Positions 21,987-32,858 of a stretch of DNA of 48,105 bases are shown piece after piece. The stretch comes from Candidatus Woesearchaeota archaeon. Lineage in GTDB: Archaea > Nanobdellota > Nanobdellia > Woesearchaeales > DSVV01. The notes beneath the pieces are model-generated. The model was not told the origin of the DNA, did no database searches, and saw only the letters and a list, made by a program, of their open reading frames with translations. Both the position numbers and the translations under genes were made by a program. Location of the stretch: positions 1-48,105 of the forward strand of contig JBDRKY010000115.1 in the NCBI GenBank assembly GCA_043813525.1. Reading direction: 5' to 3'. Every line of letters starts with the position of its first letter. Positions within the stretch are counted from its first letter, which is position 1.

Positions 21987-22973
21987 ATGATGATAAAATT
22001 AACAATTAAAACAATCAAAGGGAAAAAATATAATTACCTGGAAAAAACAATCAGAATAGGAAAGAAAGTAAGAAAAGTCTCTAAATATATAGGAACAGAT
22101 GAGAATATCAAAAAAAAGAAGATTGAAAAACTTAAGGAAATCTTCAGAAAAGAGCTTTTTGAAAGAACAATGAAAATCAGGGTTAATATAATAACAGAGA
22201 ATATAGATAGATTTGAATACCCTTTATCCAGTGAAGATATTAAAAAAATTGAAGAGATGAATTTCAAACATAAAGAGATCATGAGTAATCTGCATCCAAA
22301 AGATATTGAAGACCTAAATAAGAGATTTATCGCAAATTATGTCTTTGAAAGCAATGCATTAGAAGGAAACTCACTTACATTGAAAAATATAAACGAGATA
22401 ATATTTGAAAACAGAATAAGCAAAGGCAAAGATCTCAGAGAAATATATGATGCGCAAAACTCATATAACTTATTTTTATACTTACAAAAGATCAGAGAGG
22501 AAATCAGTGATAAGCTGATTATAAAAATACATAAATTACTGATGGACAAGATAGATGACAGATTAGGATATAGAAAAATACCAATATTCTTAATAGGCAA
22601 ACCTAACACAAAACTCTCAAAAGCTGATAATGTACAAAAAGATATGGATAATCTCCTCAAATGGTACAAAGATAATGAAAATAAGCTTTATACTTTAGAA
22701 CTAGCATTCAAGTTTCATGCAAAATTTGAAAAGATCCATCCTTTCTGTGACGGCAATGGAAGAGTAGGAAGATTTTTATTGAATTATATATTAATAAGAA
22801 AAGGCTATTTCCCAATAATAATCAGAAAAACAACAAGAAATAGTTATCTTAAAGCACTTGAAGCAGCTGATAGAGATAAATGGATTGTGTTGATGAGATT
22901 TGCCTTAAAACATTATAAAGATACATTCAGAAAATTTTTTGAAGTGTATTATAAGTATGGCAAGAAAGATTAA
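21987..22973 (+). CDS. Fic family protein
   Basis: Canonical HPFCDGNGRVGR motif plus ESNALEGNSLT. Confidence 0.93.
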   Translation: MMIKLTIKTIKGKKYNYLEKTIRIGKKVRKVSKYIGTDENIKKKKIEKLKEIFRKELFERTMKIRVNIITENIDRFEYPLSSEDIKKIEEMNFKHKEIMSNLHPKDIEDLNKRFIANYVFESNALEGNSLTLKNINEIIFENRISKGKDLREIYDAQNSYNLFLYLQKIREEISDKLIIKIHKLLMDKIDDRLGYRKIPIFLIGKPNTKLSKADNVQKDMDNLLKWYKDNENKLYTLELAFKFHAKFEKIHPFCDGNGRVGRFLLNYILIRKGYFPIIIRKTTRNSYLKALEAADRDKWIVLMRFALKHYKDTFRKFFEVYYKYGKKD

Positions 22974-22987
22974 TATATAATGAAGAA

Positions 22988-25900
22988 TCATTTCTTTGTA
23001 AATCCAGTATAACTCAAAGTTCCGCAGTCAATATCACCTTTTTCATTCAATCCAAACGTAGCTCCTGTTAGATGATTGCATATAGGCTCCTTATAATGCT
23101 CATTATCCATAATCTTAAGGCAGACATAATCAAACCTGCACTCTGGTGAATTTTCACAATCAAAAGAAGTATCATCCCCTGCATAATGCATCTGATGAAC
23201 ACCTAAAGGATTATTGACTGCAAACTCATCTTTCCATCCTTTTCCGTCTGCTGATGAAAATGATTTTTTACTAGTGCATTTATTGTATAGATAAACAATA
23301 CCATGCACAGGACCTATTGTTTTCATAGTAAAAGCATAACGATAATACTGATCTGTAATCTTCTCTCTTTCACCGCCAAGCATCACAATAATCTCATTCT
23401 TGTCAAGATAACTCATGTTATGTGCGAAATTATGCTCCTGTGTTATAGATGTTCCCATCAACAAATCAACTTCCTGAGGGCCTGTATTATAATAATCAAC
23501 CTTGCACATAGCACTATATATGCTATTTTCTAATTTTGAGAAAGCATTTCCTGTCCAGTCATCAAGAAGATTGCCAAAAACAGTCTCAACCTGCGACCTA
23601 AACTCAAAATCAAGATTATCATAAAGATTATCCATCCTCTTCTGCGCACCTGAACAATCAGTTCCTGCTTCTTTATTGCTATATTTCGCTGCATCGCATT
23701 TCTTAATCATATTCTCAACAACATCAACAGGATCATCAACACAAGATGTTTTTCCACCAAAAGTTGTGCAATGCTTGTCACCTGTGCTTTTTTGTGTACA
23801 TTCACCCTCTAACTTATCACATCTAACTTTTGTACAGCCCTCTTTGTTTGGTTTGGTACATAACTTATGCTTGCCTTGATTCTCAGAATCATCCTCAACA
23901 TAAACACTTCCCTCAACACCATCTATAATACTTGCATGAGCAAAAGTAAATGATGCCTCTCCTGGATTACATGACGTTGCAGTATCATCACAAGCAGAAA
24001 CATCACCATCCTTATCTAAACCTGCAACATTCGTAGGTGGTTTGTATTCCAATGCTTTTTGTTTGTCTGTTTTTGCTGGTTCTGCTGCTGGTTTTGATGC
24101 TGGTTTTGATGCTGGTTGTTCTGTTGGATTAGTACTATCATTACTATTTTCAATATTTTTATTCACCTCATCTAAAAATTGATTAATTTTTGTTATTAAT
24201 TCATCAGTTAGTGAGCCTTTTTTCAATATTTTTAAGAAATAATCTTTAGCTATAACATTATCACCATTCATCTTCCGTGCAATAGCTGCTTGATATAATA
24301 TACCTAATCTTCCAGTTTCTTTAAATAACTTTTCAAATTCTTTGGCAGCTTCATTATAATTTCCAGAATCAGTATAAAGAGATCTAGCATTAAGGAGACG
24401 TCTGTTTTGTTCTGGGGTAAGATTTGATCGTTGTACTGCTTGAGGCTGCTGTTCTGCATCTGTTGGTGATTCTGTCTGAGCTGTAGCTGTTGTTTTTTCT
24501 GAAGTCTGACTTGGTTTTGAAGCAGATGTATCAACAGTACTAACAGCATTCATACTTTCAAACCCGTCTTTATCATCACTTGGCTTTGCTTTTGCTTTGT
24601 TTTCATTAGTCTTAGGTACATAATTCCCCCCACCAGAATAATATTTAGTCCCAGTCTTATCTACTAAAAGACCATCTGAATCAACATAATATTCATCACT
24701 ACTTCCAGGATTTACAATATATACCCCTTCAACATCTGATGCAAAATAATCAGTACCACCTAAATTAACAACTTTATCTTTATCCCATGATGTCTGATGT
24801 TGGGCTGGTGGTGATTCTGTTAGTGGTTCTGCAGTTGATGCTGATTCTTTACTTACAGGAGGTTGTGGAGCTGTTTGAACAAGAGATGAAGGTTGACCAT
24901 CAGGTGGACTATTAGTTGATGTTGCTAAAAATGAATTACGTGGTTGTTTCAAAACAATACCATTAGATAATTTAACATAAACATAGTCAACATCATTCTC
25001 TTTTGCATTAAAAATAGTTGTACCTGTTTCATGATCAACAGAAATTTTAGTTGCTCCTTTAGGAACAGCATTTACTTTAACAGGAAGCACAACTTGTGTT
25101 TGTGTTACTCCTTGTGTTTGTGCTGGTTTTACTTCTGTTGGTGCTCCTGCTTCTGCTGGTGCTCCTGCTTTTGCTGGTGTTCCTGCTTGTACTGAATCAG
25201 GTCTATTCTTAATTAAAATATCATTAAATTGTTTCAACTGATTGCTTTTAACTTGAGATAATTGCTGAATCTGTTCAGATGTCAAAGGAGTATCATCATT
25301 AAACCAACCACCATCAATGACTGGTTTTCCATCTACAAACTTCACATCTTTATCAAAACCAGTTACCTGAACTTTAATATTGCCATTATCATCAACATAA
25401 AACTTAGTGCCACCAACATCTTTTGGATTTTCTTCTGTTGGTGGTGGAGATATAGGTTGTTGTTGTGCTGATTGTGCTTGTTGTTGTACTGGATTTGCCA
25501 ATTTTGATGGTGGACCCATTTCTAATCCTGCAATTTCCTCTACAATTATAGTTGTACCTTTCGTAGGATCTCCACCTTTGCCAACTGCTACAGTATATTC
25601 AGCATCACCTACAGCATAAGTAACATGTGTTCCTTTTGCTAAAGGCTTGCCATCTGCACCTAAGAAAGCACCTGATGTTCTATCATAAACAGCAATATCA
25701 CCATTTGAAAGTTTGCCTGTTGAAGTATGAGTCTTAACGTTACCATTAGAATCTATGCTTTGATAAGTATTGCCAACCTTAACAACAGCATCTTTCACAG
25801 GAGAACTATATTGATCAAGATAAAGTGTCTCATCACCAACCTTTGTCATGACAACTTTTTTACCATCTAATGTAATATGTGAATCAGCAGAATATGACTG

Positions 25901-27682
25901 ACCATTAAAAATAAACTTTTTCTCACCATTATCTAAAGTAACAACACCAATAAACATCTCTACTGGCTTGCCACTATCTGTTATGTAATACTTGCCTTCA
26001 CCAGGAACAAAGATAACCCCTGCAGGACCAGAATTACTTGGAGTTGTTCCATAAAAAGAAACTGGAACAGTTGGAGCAGATTGACCTGCGTTACCTAATT
26101 GTGATTCCTGCACCATGACATAATGACCTGTTTTATCTGCAATAAGAGTGCCTGGAGCCAACTGCATTAAAGACATACCTTGATTATCTGTTGCAATCTC
26201 AAATAATTGACCGTCTTTTTGAACAACTGGCTTACCATCATGAAGACCATAATCAGCTACATGCTCTTTTCCATATTGATCAACATAATATGTTACCTCA
26301 CCAGATGGAGTTGATTTTGTGACAAAATTTTCAGTGACTACATTTCCACTTGAATCATATAATCCAACCTGAGACTGAGCAGTACCATCAGCATTTACTG
26401 ATTTCGCCTTGTATACAGGACCGCCATTTGCATTCACTCCTTCCTGCTCTAGAATCATCAGCACTTTACCCTCATCCCCTACATATGATTTAGAATTATC
26501 ATCTCCCTGCACCCAGCCAGTAAAACTCGTTATTGGCTCTGAACCTTGTTGATAAACCATATAACTATTTGTTTTTTCATCTAATACAACTGTCTGTCCG
26601 TCTTGTGTTGTCTGTTTAAAATATGTTCTTGGATAACCATTGTTTTCAACCACAACAAGAGTAGAACTATCTTCAAAAACATCACCTTGTTCTAACTGAA
26701 CAATCACACCAGATGGATTACGTTTTGCATAAGTTGTTTTGCCGTTACTATCAACCTTAATAACCAAATTTGGTTTTCCATGCTGATAACCAACATCAAC
26801 AACAGATTGAAAGCCAGTTGAGGTAAATTCCAGCCCATTATTACCGCTATCTCCTAATCCTTGAACATCAACCCCACTAACATAAGCAAGACCAAAATCA
26901 TTAGCTGCTGCTTGTGCCTGACCACTTCCTTCTTTAAGAGTACCATCTTCTATATATCCAAATGTCCCAGAATTTCCACTTCCAGAACTTACAGGTATCT
27001 TAACACCTTTAGGAACTAATTGATATGTTGAATCAGTCTTGATACAAGGTTTGCCACTACATAAATAAACTGATTTTCCAGTAGGTGTTTTAAACATTGT
27101 GGGTTGAACATCAGATGATGTTTTATATTCTTCAACTTTCGGCATACTTTGCTTTGCAGTAGCAACTACTGAAGAATCTTCAATCGTACCAAGTGAATAT
27201 GTCTGTAAATTTTTTGCATTATTTTGAGTCAATATTGTTGACAGATCATTGTCATTGAAATCAGTTGTCAATTGTTCATTATATTCTAAATGAGAAGAAT
27301 ATGAACCATAACCATAATACACTTTGGGCTTATCATCATTAGTTGGCATAACAGTTACAACAAGATTTTGTGAATTATCTAATTTAACATCTAATAATTT
27401 AGCATTAGCATCACCTGTTTTTATGTCATCTGTCCTGAATATATGTCCATTATAAGAATACCATTTTCCTGCTTTTAGGTTATCACCAACATTTACAGGA
27501 ATTGCATTCCCTGATGAACTTCCAGCAATTAATTGAGTTTGTGCTGATTGTGCTAATCCAACAAGATTAGAATCAAATTTAGAATTCTGCTTATATTCTG
27601 GGCTGGTAAAGATAGTCAGGCCTACTATAATCATAGCTAATGTGATAAATATCAATGCTTTTCTGAACTTTTTTTTAGGCAT
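22988..27682 (-). CDS. Very large exported protein (cassette gene B2) with beta-rich repeats, low-complexity linkers, a TPR-like block and a Cys-rich C-terminus
   Basis: 1564-aa ORF with an N-terminal TM/signal; TPR-like YTDSGNYNEAAKEFEKLF...LYQAAIARKMNGD; C-terminal domain resembles 4159-4818. Confidence 0.8.
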   Translation of the reverse strand: MPKKKFRKALIFITLAMIIVGLTIFTSPEYKQNSKFDSNLVGLAQSAQTQLIAGSSSGNAIPVNVGDNLKAGKWYSYNGHIFRTDDIKTGDANAKLLDVKLDNSQNLVVTVMPTNDDKPKVYYGYGSYSSHLEYNEQLTTDFNDNDLSTILTQNNAKNLQTYSLGTIEDSSVVATAKQSMPKVEEYKTSSDVQPTMFKTPTGKSVYLCSGKPCIKTDSTYQLVPKGVKIPVSSGSGNSGTFGYIEDGTLKEGSGQAQAAANDFGLAYVSGVDVQGLGDSGNNGLEFTSTGFQSVVDVGYQHGKPNLVIKVDSNGKTTYAKRNPSGVIVQLEQGDVFEDSSTLVVVENNGYPRTYFKQTTQDGQTVVLDEKTNSYMVYQQGSEPITSFTGWVQGDDNSKSYVGDEGKVLMILEQEGVNANGGPVYKAKSVNADGTAQSQVGLYDSSGNVVTENFVTKSTPSGEVTYYVDQYGKEHVADYGLHDGKPVVQKDGQLFEIATDNQGMSLMQLAPGTLIADKTGHYVMVQESQLGNAGQSAPTVPVSFYGTTPSNSGPAGVIFVPGEGKYYITDSGKPVEMFIGVVTLDNGEKKFIFNGQSYSADSHITLDGKKVVMTKVGDETLYLDQYSSPVKDAVVKVGNTYQSIDSNGNVKTHTSTGKLSNGDIAVYDRTSGAFLGADGKPLAKGTHVTYAVGDAEYTVAVGKGGDPTKGTTIIVEEIAGLEMGPPSKLANPVQQQAQSAQQQPISPPPTEENPKDVGGTKFYVDDNGNIKVQVTGFDKDVKFVDGKPVIDGGWFNDDTPLTSEQIQQLSQVKSNQLKQFNDILIKNRPDSVQAGTPAKAGAPAEAGAPTEVKPAQTQGVTQTQVVLPVKVNAVPKGATKISVDHETGTTIFNAKENDVDYVYVKLSNGIVLKQPRNSFLATSTNSPPDGQPSSLVQTAPQPPVSKESASTAEPLTESPPAQHQTSWDKDKVVNLGGTDYFASDVEGVYIVNPGSSDEYYVDSDGLLVDKTGTKYYSGGGNYVPKTNENKAKAKPSDDKDGFESMNAVSTVDTSASKPSQTSEKTTATAQTESPTDAEQQPQAVQRSNLTPEQNRRLLNARSLYTDSGNYNEAAKEFEKLFKETGRLGILYQAAIARKMNGDNVIAKDYFLKILKKGSLTDELITKINQFLDEVNKNIENSNDSTNPTEQPASKPASKPAAEPAKTDKQKALEYKPPTNVAGLDKDGDVSACDDTATSCNPGEASFTFAHASIIDGVEGSVYVEDDSENQGKHKLCTKPNKEGCTKVRCDKLEGECTQKSTGDKHCTTFGGKTSCVDDPVDVVENMIKKCDAAKYSNKEAGTDCSGAQKRMDNLYDNLDFEFRSQVETVFGNLLDDWTGNAFSKLENSIYSAMCKVDYYNTGPQEVDLLMGTSITQEHNFAHNMSYLDKNEIIVMLGGEREKITDQYYRYAFTMKTIGPVHGIVYLYNKCTSKKSFSSADGKGWKDEFAVNNPLGVHQMHYAGDDTSFDCENSPECRFDYVCLKIMDNEHYKEPICNHLTGATFGLNEKGDIDCGTLSYTGFTKK

Positions 27683-28136
27683 CTTTCATACAATCCCTTA
27701 TTGTCACCCTTAATCGCTCAATCTTATCTTTGTTAAAATCATTTAATATAAGCTTACATTTGATTACAAAAGACTTCACATTATCTTCACTTTTTAATTC
27801 CACGTCTTTTATATAATATTGCGCATCAATTCTATCTTTTTTTAATTTTTTCAGGAATATATATTCTTCATCATTAAATTCTTCAAATAATTTCATCAAT
27901 TCAATTGTACAATCATGAATTTCAGATTTTACTCCTGCTTTCATCAAAATAGAATATAATGCATGATAACAAGCATAATAACCTGTGATTACTTTCCATT
28001 TTTTATTTGCAACAATCATCATTTCAATTGTTTCATCTGCTTCTTTCAGATATGATTCAGAGAGATGATACTTAAAATCTATCAGGGTAATACCTCTTTT
28101 TTGCTTACAACACCATATTAGTTTTTGATCAGTCAA
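27675..28136 (-). CDS. HEPN domain protein (MNT-HEPN pair)
   Basis: GYYACYHALYSIL...SEIHDC...RIDAQY. The in-frame TTG at 28136 follows GGAGG and overlaps the MNT stop (track start 28160). Confidence 0.85.
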   Translation of the reverse strand: MTDQKLIWCCKQKRGITLIDFKYHLSESYLKEADETIEMMIVANKKWKVITGYYACYHALYSILMKAGVKSEIHDCTIELMKLFEEFNDEEYIFLKKLKKDRIDAQYYIKDVELKSEDNVKSFVIKCKLILNDFNKDKIERLRVTIRDCMKDA

Positions 28137-28797
28137 AGTTCTGCCTCCATAACACATCAATCAAACTATTGATATTGCCAAAAAATTTATGATTTAACAA
28201 TACTTCTTTTGCTAATGGATTTTTTTTCTTAAATGAATTTTCTAACTCTTTTAAAGTAACATATTGAATATTAATTGTCCTAACATATTTTTTCAGAATT
28301 TTATCAACTTCATTTTTTTTGCATTTACCTACTGAAATAATGTCAATATCTGATTTTAGATCATAAGTATTTGATGAAAAAGAACCAAATAAGATTATAT
28401 TATCCATCACCTCTAACAATTCAGGGATAAGTATAGAGAGTTCTTTATTCCCACCTAGAATAATCAATGAACTGGCTGTCTCTGCCATCTGGATATACAT
28501 TTTTGTTTTCAAAGTTGAAGCTAGGAAATATAATTTATGATTCCCTTTTCTATGATAATCTAATATGTTCAATTTAACTAAATCATTAATCTTATCCAAA
28601 GCTGTTTGATGATTTATTGAGAGAAGCCTAGCAATTTCCCTACCATTATATTGAAGATTATACCCTTTAAGAAATATTGATAGTATGTCTAAATTTTTAG
28701 ACAATTGTCTATTTTTAGCAGACATTAATGAATTATGGCTAACATTAGCCATATTTGGCTTAACTATATTTTTTACACTCCTTTTGTTTACAATCAT
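28129..28797 (-). CDS. HTH-fused minimal nucleotidyltransferase (MNT)
   Basis: N-terminal HTH (GREIARLLSINHQT); LFGSF...SDIDI nucleotidyltransferase motif. Confidence 0.88.
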   Translation of the reverse strand: MIVNKRSVKNIVKPNMANVSHNSLMSAKNRQLSKNLDILSIFLKGYNLQYNGREIARLLSINHQTALDKINDLVKLNILDYHRKGNHKLYFLASTLKTKMYIQMAETASSLIILGGNKELSILIPELLEVMDNIILFGSFSSNTYDLKSDIDIISVGKCKKNEVDKILKKYVRTINIQYVTLKELENSFKKKNPLAKEVLLNHKFFGNINSLIDVLWRQNFD

Positions 28798-28864
28798 AAC
28801 CCCACCTAATTAAATATATATTATAATCTGTGAATGAACCAAATTAAAAAAAAGGATATCTTAA

Positions 28865-31800
28865 CTAATACTCTGGCGTTGTGCCAAACTCTTTTCTCTG
28901 GCTTTCAAAATCATCCTCTACCTTGTCATCATCATCACTGTCATCGCCCCAGTCAAACATATCCTTAAGCTCATCTGCAAGCTGCTGGATGTTGGTTATC
29001 AGGCTGGCAAAGGCAAGAGCTCCAACAATGCCATTCTTTATCCTTACTCCTGCACAGCTCAATCTCTCAGCTTTTGTAACACCTGTACATCCAACTTCAA
29101 ATAATCTTGATGCCAATGACGAGACAAGCTTGACACTGAACTGCCTCAAAAGATCAGGAAGTATATGAGCAAACTGGCCAAATGTGAGCATACAGACTAT
29201 TCTCCACGTCAAATCAGGACAGTCTTCTATGTCTTCACCTAAAAGATAAGCCTTGTTCATGCAGGTATTCTGCGCAACCAATGCTCTTTTGACAAGCTCT
29301 AAAGTATTTTTGATAGTAGGAATGCAAGGAGGCCAACAAATCAATGCCACCCAAAAATTTTTATGAGGATCAAATGGGAACCTTATAGTAGAGGAACCAG
29401 CCCAATAATCTTTTGGATCAATTGGCTTGCCAGGATTTGCCTTGTTTAATTTTTCCAGCTCTGTCTCTGACAATGGACCTGCACCAAGGCCTGCATCTGC
29501 CCATAACTGATCAGGCGACCAACTATCTATGTTCCACTTTCCGCCTGTTATCTTTGTGTTCCATGCCTGTGAACATGATGAGCATAAAGTAAGGTCGCAA
29601 AAGAATCCTAAGCTTAAGATTTCTTTGCTGTTCCATGGAGGATCATCTGAATTTGCATTTGAATCCTTGCTTCCTGTCCACAATGTATTAAGCATGTCTG
29701 CACCTAATTTACATTCTTTTGCTGCTGCTTCTGCAGGTGCATAAGCTGCTCCAACACCCTCAAATATCATACATATATCATTCCATATCTGCATCACAAG
29801 ATTGATGACTTTACAGAATGGAGCTATCTTCATTATGAAATCAAGGACATCTATTATCTTATCAAGAACATCAATCGCATCTTTATATTCCAAAATCTTA
29901 TCAAGTGTGCTGTCAGCAGGATTTGTGAATGGGGTTGCACTCAAAGGAATAACAGCTGAAAAGTAAAATGCTTCATTTGGTGTGTAAATCTTCTTGCCGG
30001 ATTTTGATGTTTGAACAATATCACCTTTACAAGCTATGACTAATGGTTCAGGAGCCACATTAGATGCAGTAGAAGCTACTGTTTCAGTCTTAGCTTCTTC
30101 TTTATCATCAAATTGTGCTATGCCAAACAATATCTCCTTCACTTCTCTGCTCTGTGTTGGTCCTAACAAAGGATATGTCTGTGATACAATAGCAACAGGT
30201 TTCATGCTGCCTTCAGCAAATGCTTCACCAATGCTTGCTGTGCATTCCCTTATATTAAAATCATGGACAAATGATGAATCTGATTTTCTATATTTATTAA
30301 GATCTAATTCCATTCTGAACAAGGTCTGGGTGCTCATCTTCAGGAAATTCCTGTTAAGCATATAATCACTGCCAAACGCAGGAAGTTTAGTAACATCAAT
30401 CTTAAACTCATCTTCAAAAAAGTCAACCTCACCTTCTTTTGCCTGGTAAACAGTGAAAGTATCTGAGCTTGCAGTTGCAGTATTCTCTGCTAAATCTGTT
30501 GCACTCAAAGTAAACTTATAATTGCCTGATTTTGAAATAGTAGGCAATTCCCAAATACAATCATAGACAAACTGCTGCGCTAATTCTTCATTAATCTCAC
30601 AGCCTGTCACTGGCAATGGATCAGACCAAATAGTCTTATCACTTAATTGCGCAGTGATTTTCGCAAGATTAAGAGGACTATTAGCTTCTTGGAGCTGTGC
30701 TTTGATAATGATGACATCACTCTCTGCTGTTGTGATTGGATAAGATACTTCTGTCTCTTCTGTTTCTCCTGTTGCTTGTCCTGCTATTGCTTGACCTGCT
30801 GTTGCTTGTCCTGCTATTGCTTGTCCTGCTATTGCTTGTCCTGCTATTGCTTGTCCTGCTATTGCTTGTCCTGCTATTGCTTGTCCTGCTGTTGCTTGAC
30901 CTGCTGTTGCTTGTCCTGCTGTTGCTTCATCTGCACCAGATACATCTCCACTAGATGAAGCTACTGATGTTTCTCCACTTTCTCCAATAGATGCTGATGA
31001 ACCTCCACCAGAACTCCCACTTATAGCACTAGAACCACCATCAACACTCAATCCATAAGATGCAGCTGACATCACTTTTATTGAATCCTTGACAAAGACA
31101 GGAGCTGTTCCGTCATAATAAAGTTCCTGTGATAATTCTCCAAATTCTGAACTTACTGCATTTCCTGCTATATCATGAGTATCAGAATGAACTACAATCT
31201 TACCTTTATACAGCATCAGATAATTGTTCTCATCAAAATAAGGTTTAGCATTCTTAATATTTTTAGGAGCCACATTATCCCATTTACATTGATAACCACC
31301 ATCTAGCTGAATACATTCACTTGGAGAAACCTTTGAATTGCCATTTATCTCTGTCATGTCAATCCATACCATATCCTTAGTAAGACCAGACTGCTGTTCA
31401 ATAATTTCTACATATATAGTATTCTTTGTCGTGCCATTAAGATATGGACCAAGATCAGTGTATATGCCTGCCAGCATTGGTGGAGTCTCATCTTCTTTTA
31501 AATCAAGACTATAAGATGATTCAGCTGAATTGCCATCATTATCAGTAATTACAATCTTAAGGCTAAGTTCTGCTGTACCTCCTTGATTATCCAGTTCAAT
31601 ACCTTTCCACCTGAACTGATATGTGGTAACTTTATCCTCTCCTGTACCTTCTGTTATTGCCTCAACATCTGAAGCTGTTTTTTTCTTGTAATTTGATTTA
31701 CTTGGATTCAAACCTGAAAAATCACCTATTGCATTTGCTGTGCCTAATGCATTGTCATCTGTAACATTAAGATAGATATCAACAGATGGTTTCTCATCTT

Positions 31801-32821
31801 TCTTGATATAACCTAATATATTGCCATCTTTTTTTACAACCAATGAGCCATCATTAATCTCAGGAGCAGTAAGATCCAAATTTTCTTTATCGCATTTTTC
31901 AATCTTATTGTCAACATTATCAACTGCCTTTATGCAAAACTCAACCTCTCCGCCTGCAATACCAAGCTCTTGATATGTTTTTGAGACTGTCTTTTCATAA
32001 TCACATCCTTCAAGATCAGCAGCAGCGACTGTATAAAAAGAATCACCTGCAATTGAATCGTCTTCTCCATCTGCACTGCTTTCTCCATCTGCACTGCTTC
32101 CTCCATCTGCGCTACTTTCCCCATCTGCACTGCTTTCTCCGTCTGAAGCACCTGCTGATGCAGATAAACCTGTGCCTTCTTTCATATATAATGATATCTC
32201 TTTAAGACCACTGCATTTACCAGAGCATTCAGAAGAAATGCAAGCTATCTCCTCAACATCAATGCCAAATTTGACTTTCTGGTCTGATGCTTTTTTGCTT
32301 GTTGTGAATTTGACAATCTTTGGCTTTTCAGAATCAACAATAATCTTACCTGTTTTCTTGCTCAATGATACAAGATAAGTATCTGTGAGCTCAACATTGA
32401 AATCCACAACACCACCTTTATTATTATATTGTGATGTCTTAAAAGTGCAGTCATACATACCAGCCTCACTGCCTGATACACAATCTTCAGGATAATGTAT
32501 AAAATTGTCTGCAAAAGTTATCCTTACCTGTTTAGTATCATCAAAACTTTCACCAGTATACAACAGACTTACCTTAATAAATATGTAATCATCATCAGCG
32601 CTTGATGTATAGCCCTCAATATTATCTTTTCCCATCGCTGATATATTGCTAATCTTACCCTGCAGTCCAGGATCTTCCAATGGATCCACAGCATAGACAG
32701 AGCTTACATACACAGGTAACATTATAACAAGACATATCATAAAAGAGGCAATGAGCTTCAATGTAGCTGTAGCTAATTTCTTATTCCCTTTATAATTATC
32801 ATTTGTTTTTTCTATTACCAT
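28865..32821 (-). CDS. Large exported Cys-rich protein (cassette gene A2), paralog of 266-4162
   Basis: Signal peptide also ending SSVYA; GKDNIEGYT matches GNDGVEGYT of A1; shared C-terminal Cys pattern. ATG 32821 avoids overlap with the upstream gene (track start 32890). Confidence 0.8.
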   Translation of the reverse strand: MVIEKTNDNYKGNKKLATATLKLIASFMICLVIMLPVYVSSVYAVDPLEDPGLQGKISNISAMGKDNIEGYTSSADDDYIFIKVSLLYTGESFDDTKQVRITFADNFIHYPEDCVSGSEAGMYDCTFKTSQYNNKGGVVDFNVELTDTYLVSLSKKTGKIIVDSEKPKIVKFTTSKKASDQKVKFGIDVEEIACISSECSGKCSGLKEISLYMKEGTGLSASAGASDGESSADGESSADGGSSADGESSADGEDDSIAGDSFYTVAAADLEGCDYEKTVSKTYQELGIAGGEVEFCIKAVDNVDNKIEKCDKENLDLTAPEINDGSLVVKKDGNILGYIKKDEKPSVDIYLNVTDDNALGTANAIGDFSGLNPSKSNYKKKTASDVEAITEGTGEDKVTTYQFRWKGIELDNQGGTAELSLKIVITDNDGNSAESSYSLDLKEDETPPMLAGIYTDLGPYLNGTTKNTIYVEIIEQQSGLTKDMVWIDMTEINGNSKVSPSECIQLDGGYQCKWDNVAPKNIKNAKPYFDENNYLMLYKGKIVVHSDTHDIAGNAVSSEFGELSQELYYDGTAPVFVKDSIKVMSAASYGLSVDGGSSAISGSSGGGSSASIGESGETSVASSSGDVSGADEATAGQATAGQATAGQAIAGQAIAGQAIAGQAIAGQAIAGQATAGQAIAGQATGETEETEVSYPITTAESDVIIIKAQLQEANSPLNLAKITAQLSDKTIWSDPLPVTGCEINEELAQQFVYDCIWELPTISKSGNYKFTLSATDLAENTATASSDTFTVYQAKEGEVDFFEDEFKIDVTKLPAFGSDYMLNRNFLKMSTQTLFRMELDLNKYRKSDSSFVHDFNIRECTASIGEAFAEGSMKPVAIVSQTYPLLGPTQSREVKEILFGIAQFDDKEEAKTETVASTASNVAPEPLVIACKGDIVQTSKSGKKIYTPNEAFYFSAVIPLSATPFTNPADSTLDKILEYKDAIDVLDKIIDVLDFIMKIAPFCKVINLVMQIWNDICMIFEGVGAAYAPAEAAAKECKLGADMLNTLWTGSKDSNANSDDPPWNSKEILSLGFFCDLTLCSSCSQAWNTKITGGKWNIDSWSPDQLWADAGLGAGPLSETELEKLNKANPGKPIDPKDYWAGSSTIRFPFDPHKNFWVALICWPPCIPTIKNTLELVKRALVAQNTCMNKAYLLGEDIEDCPDLTWRIVCMLTFGQFAHILPDLLRQFSVKLVSSLASRLFEVGCTGVTKAERLSCAGVRIKNGIVGALAFASLITNIQQLADELKDMFDWGDDSDDDDKVEDDFESQRKEFGTTPEY
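30771..30926 (-). repeat. In-frame 15-nt tandem repeat, 10 x A(T/I)AGQ
   Basis: GCTATTGCTTGTCCT-type units on +; the protein reads ATAGQ/AIAGQ ten times. Confidence 0.95.
32063..32144 (-). repeat. In-frame 18-nt tandem repeat (ADGESS, about 4.5 copies)
   Basis: TTCTCCATCTGCACTGCT-type units; protein SDGESSADGESSADGGSSADGESSADGE. Confidence 0.9.
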
Positions 32822-32858
32822 TTTAATCACAATTATTTTAGCTTGAAACTTCAAGCCT

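Noticed and set aside
30647-30958. Plus-strand Cys-rich and poly-Leu ORFs
   Set aside because: They are antisense shadows of the AGQAI repeat in A2.
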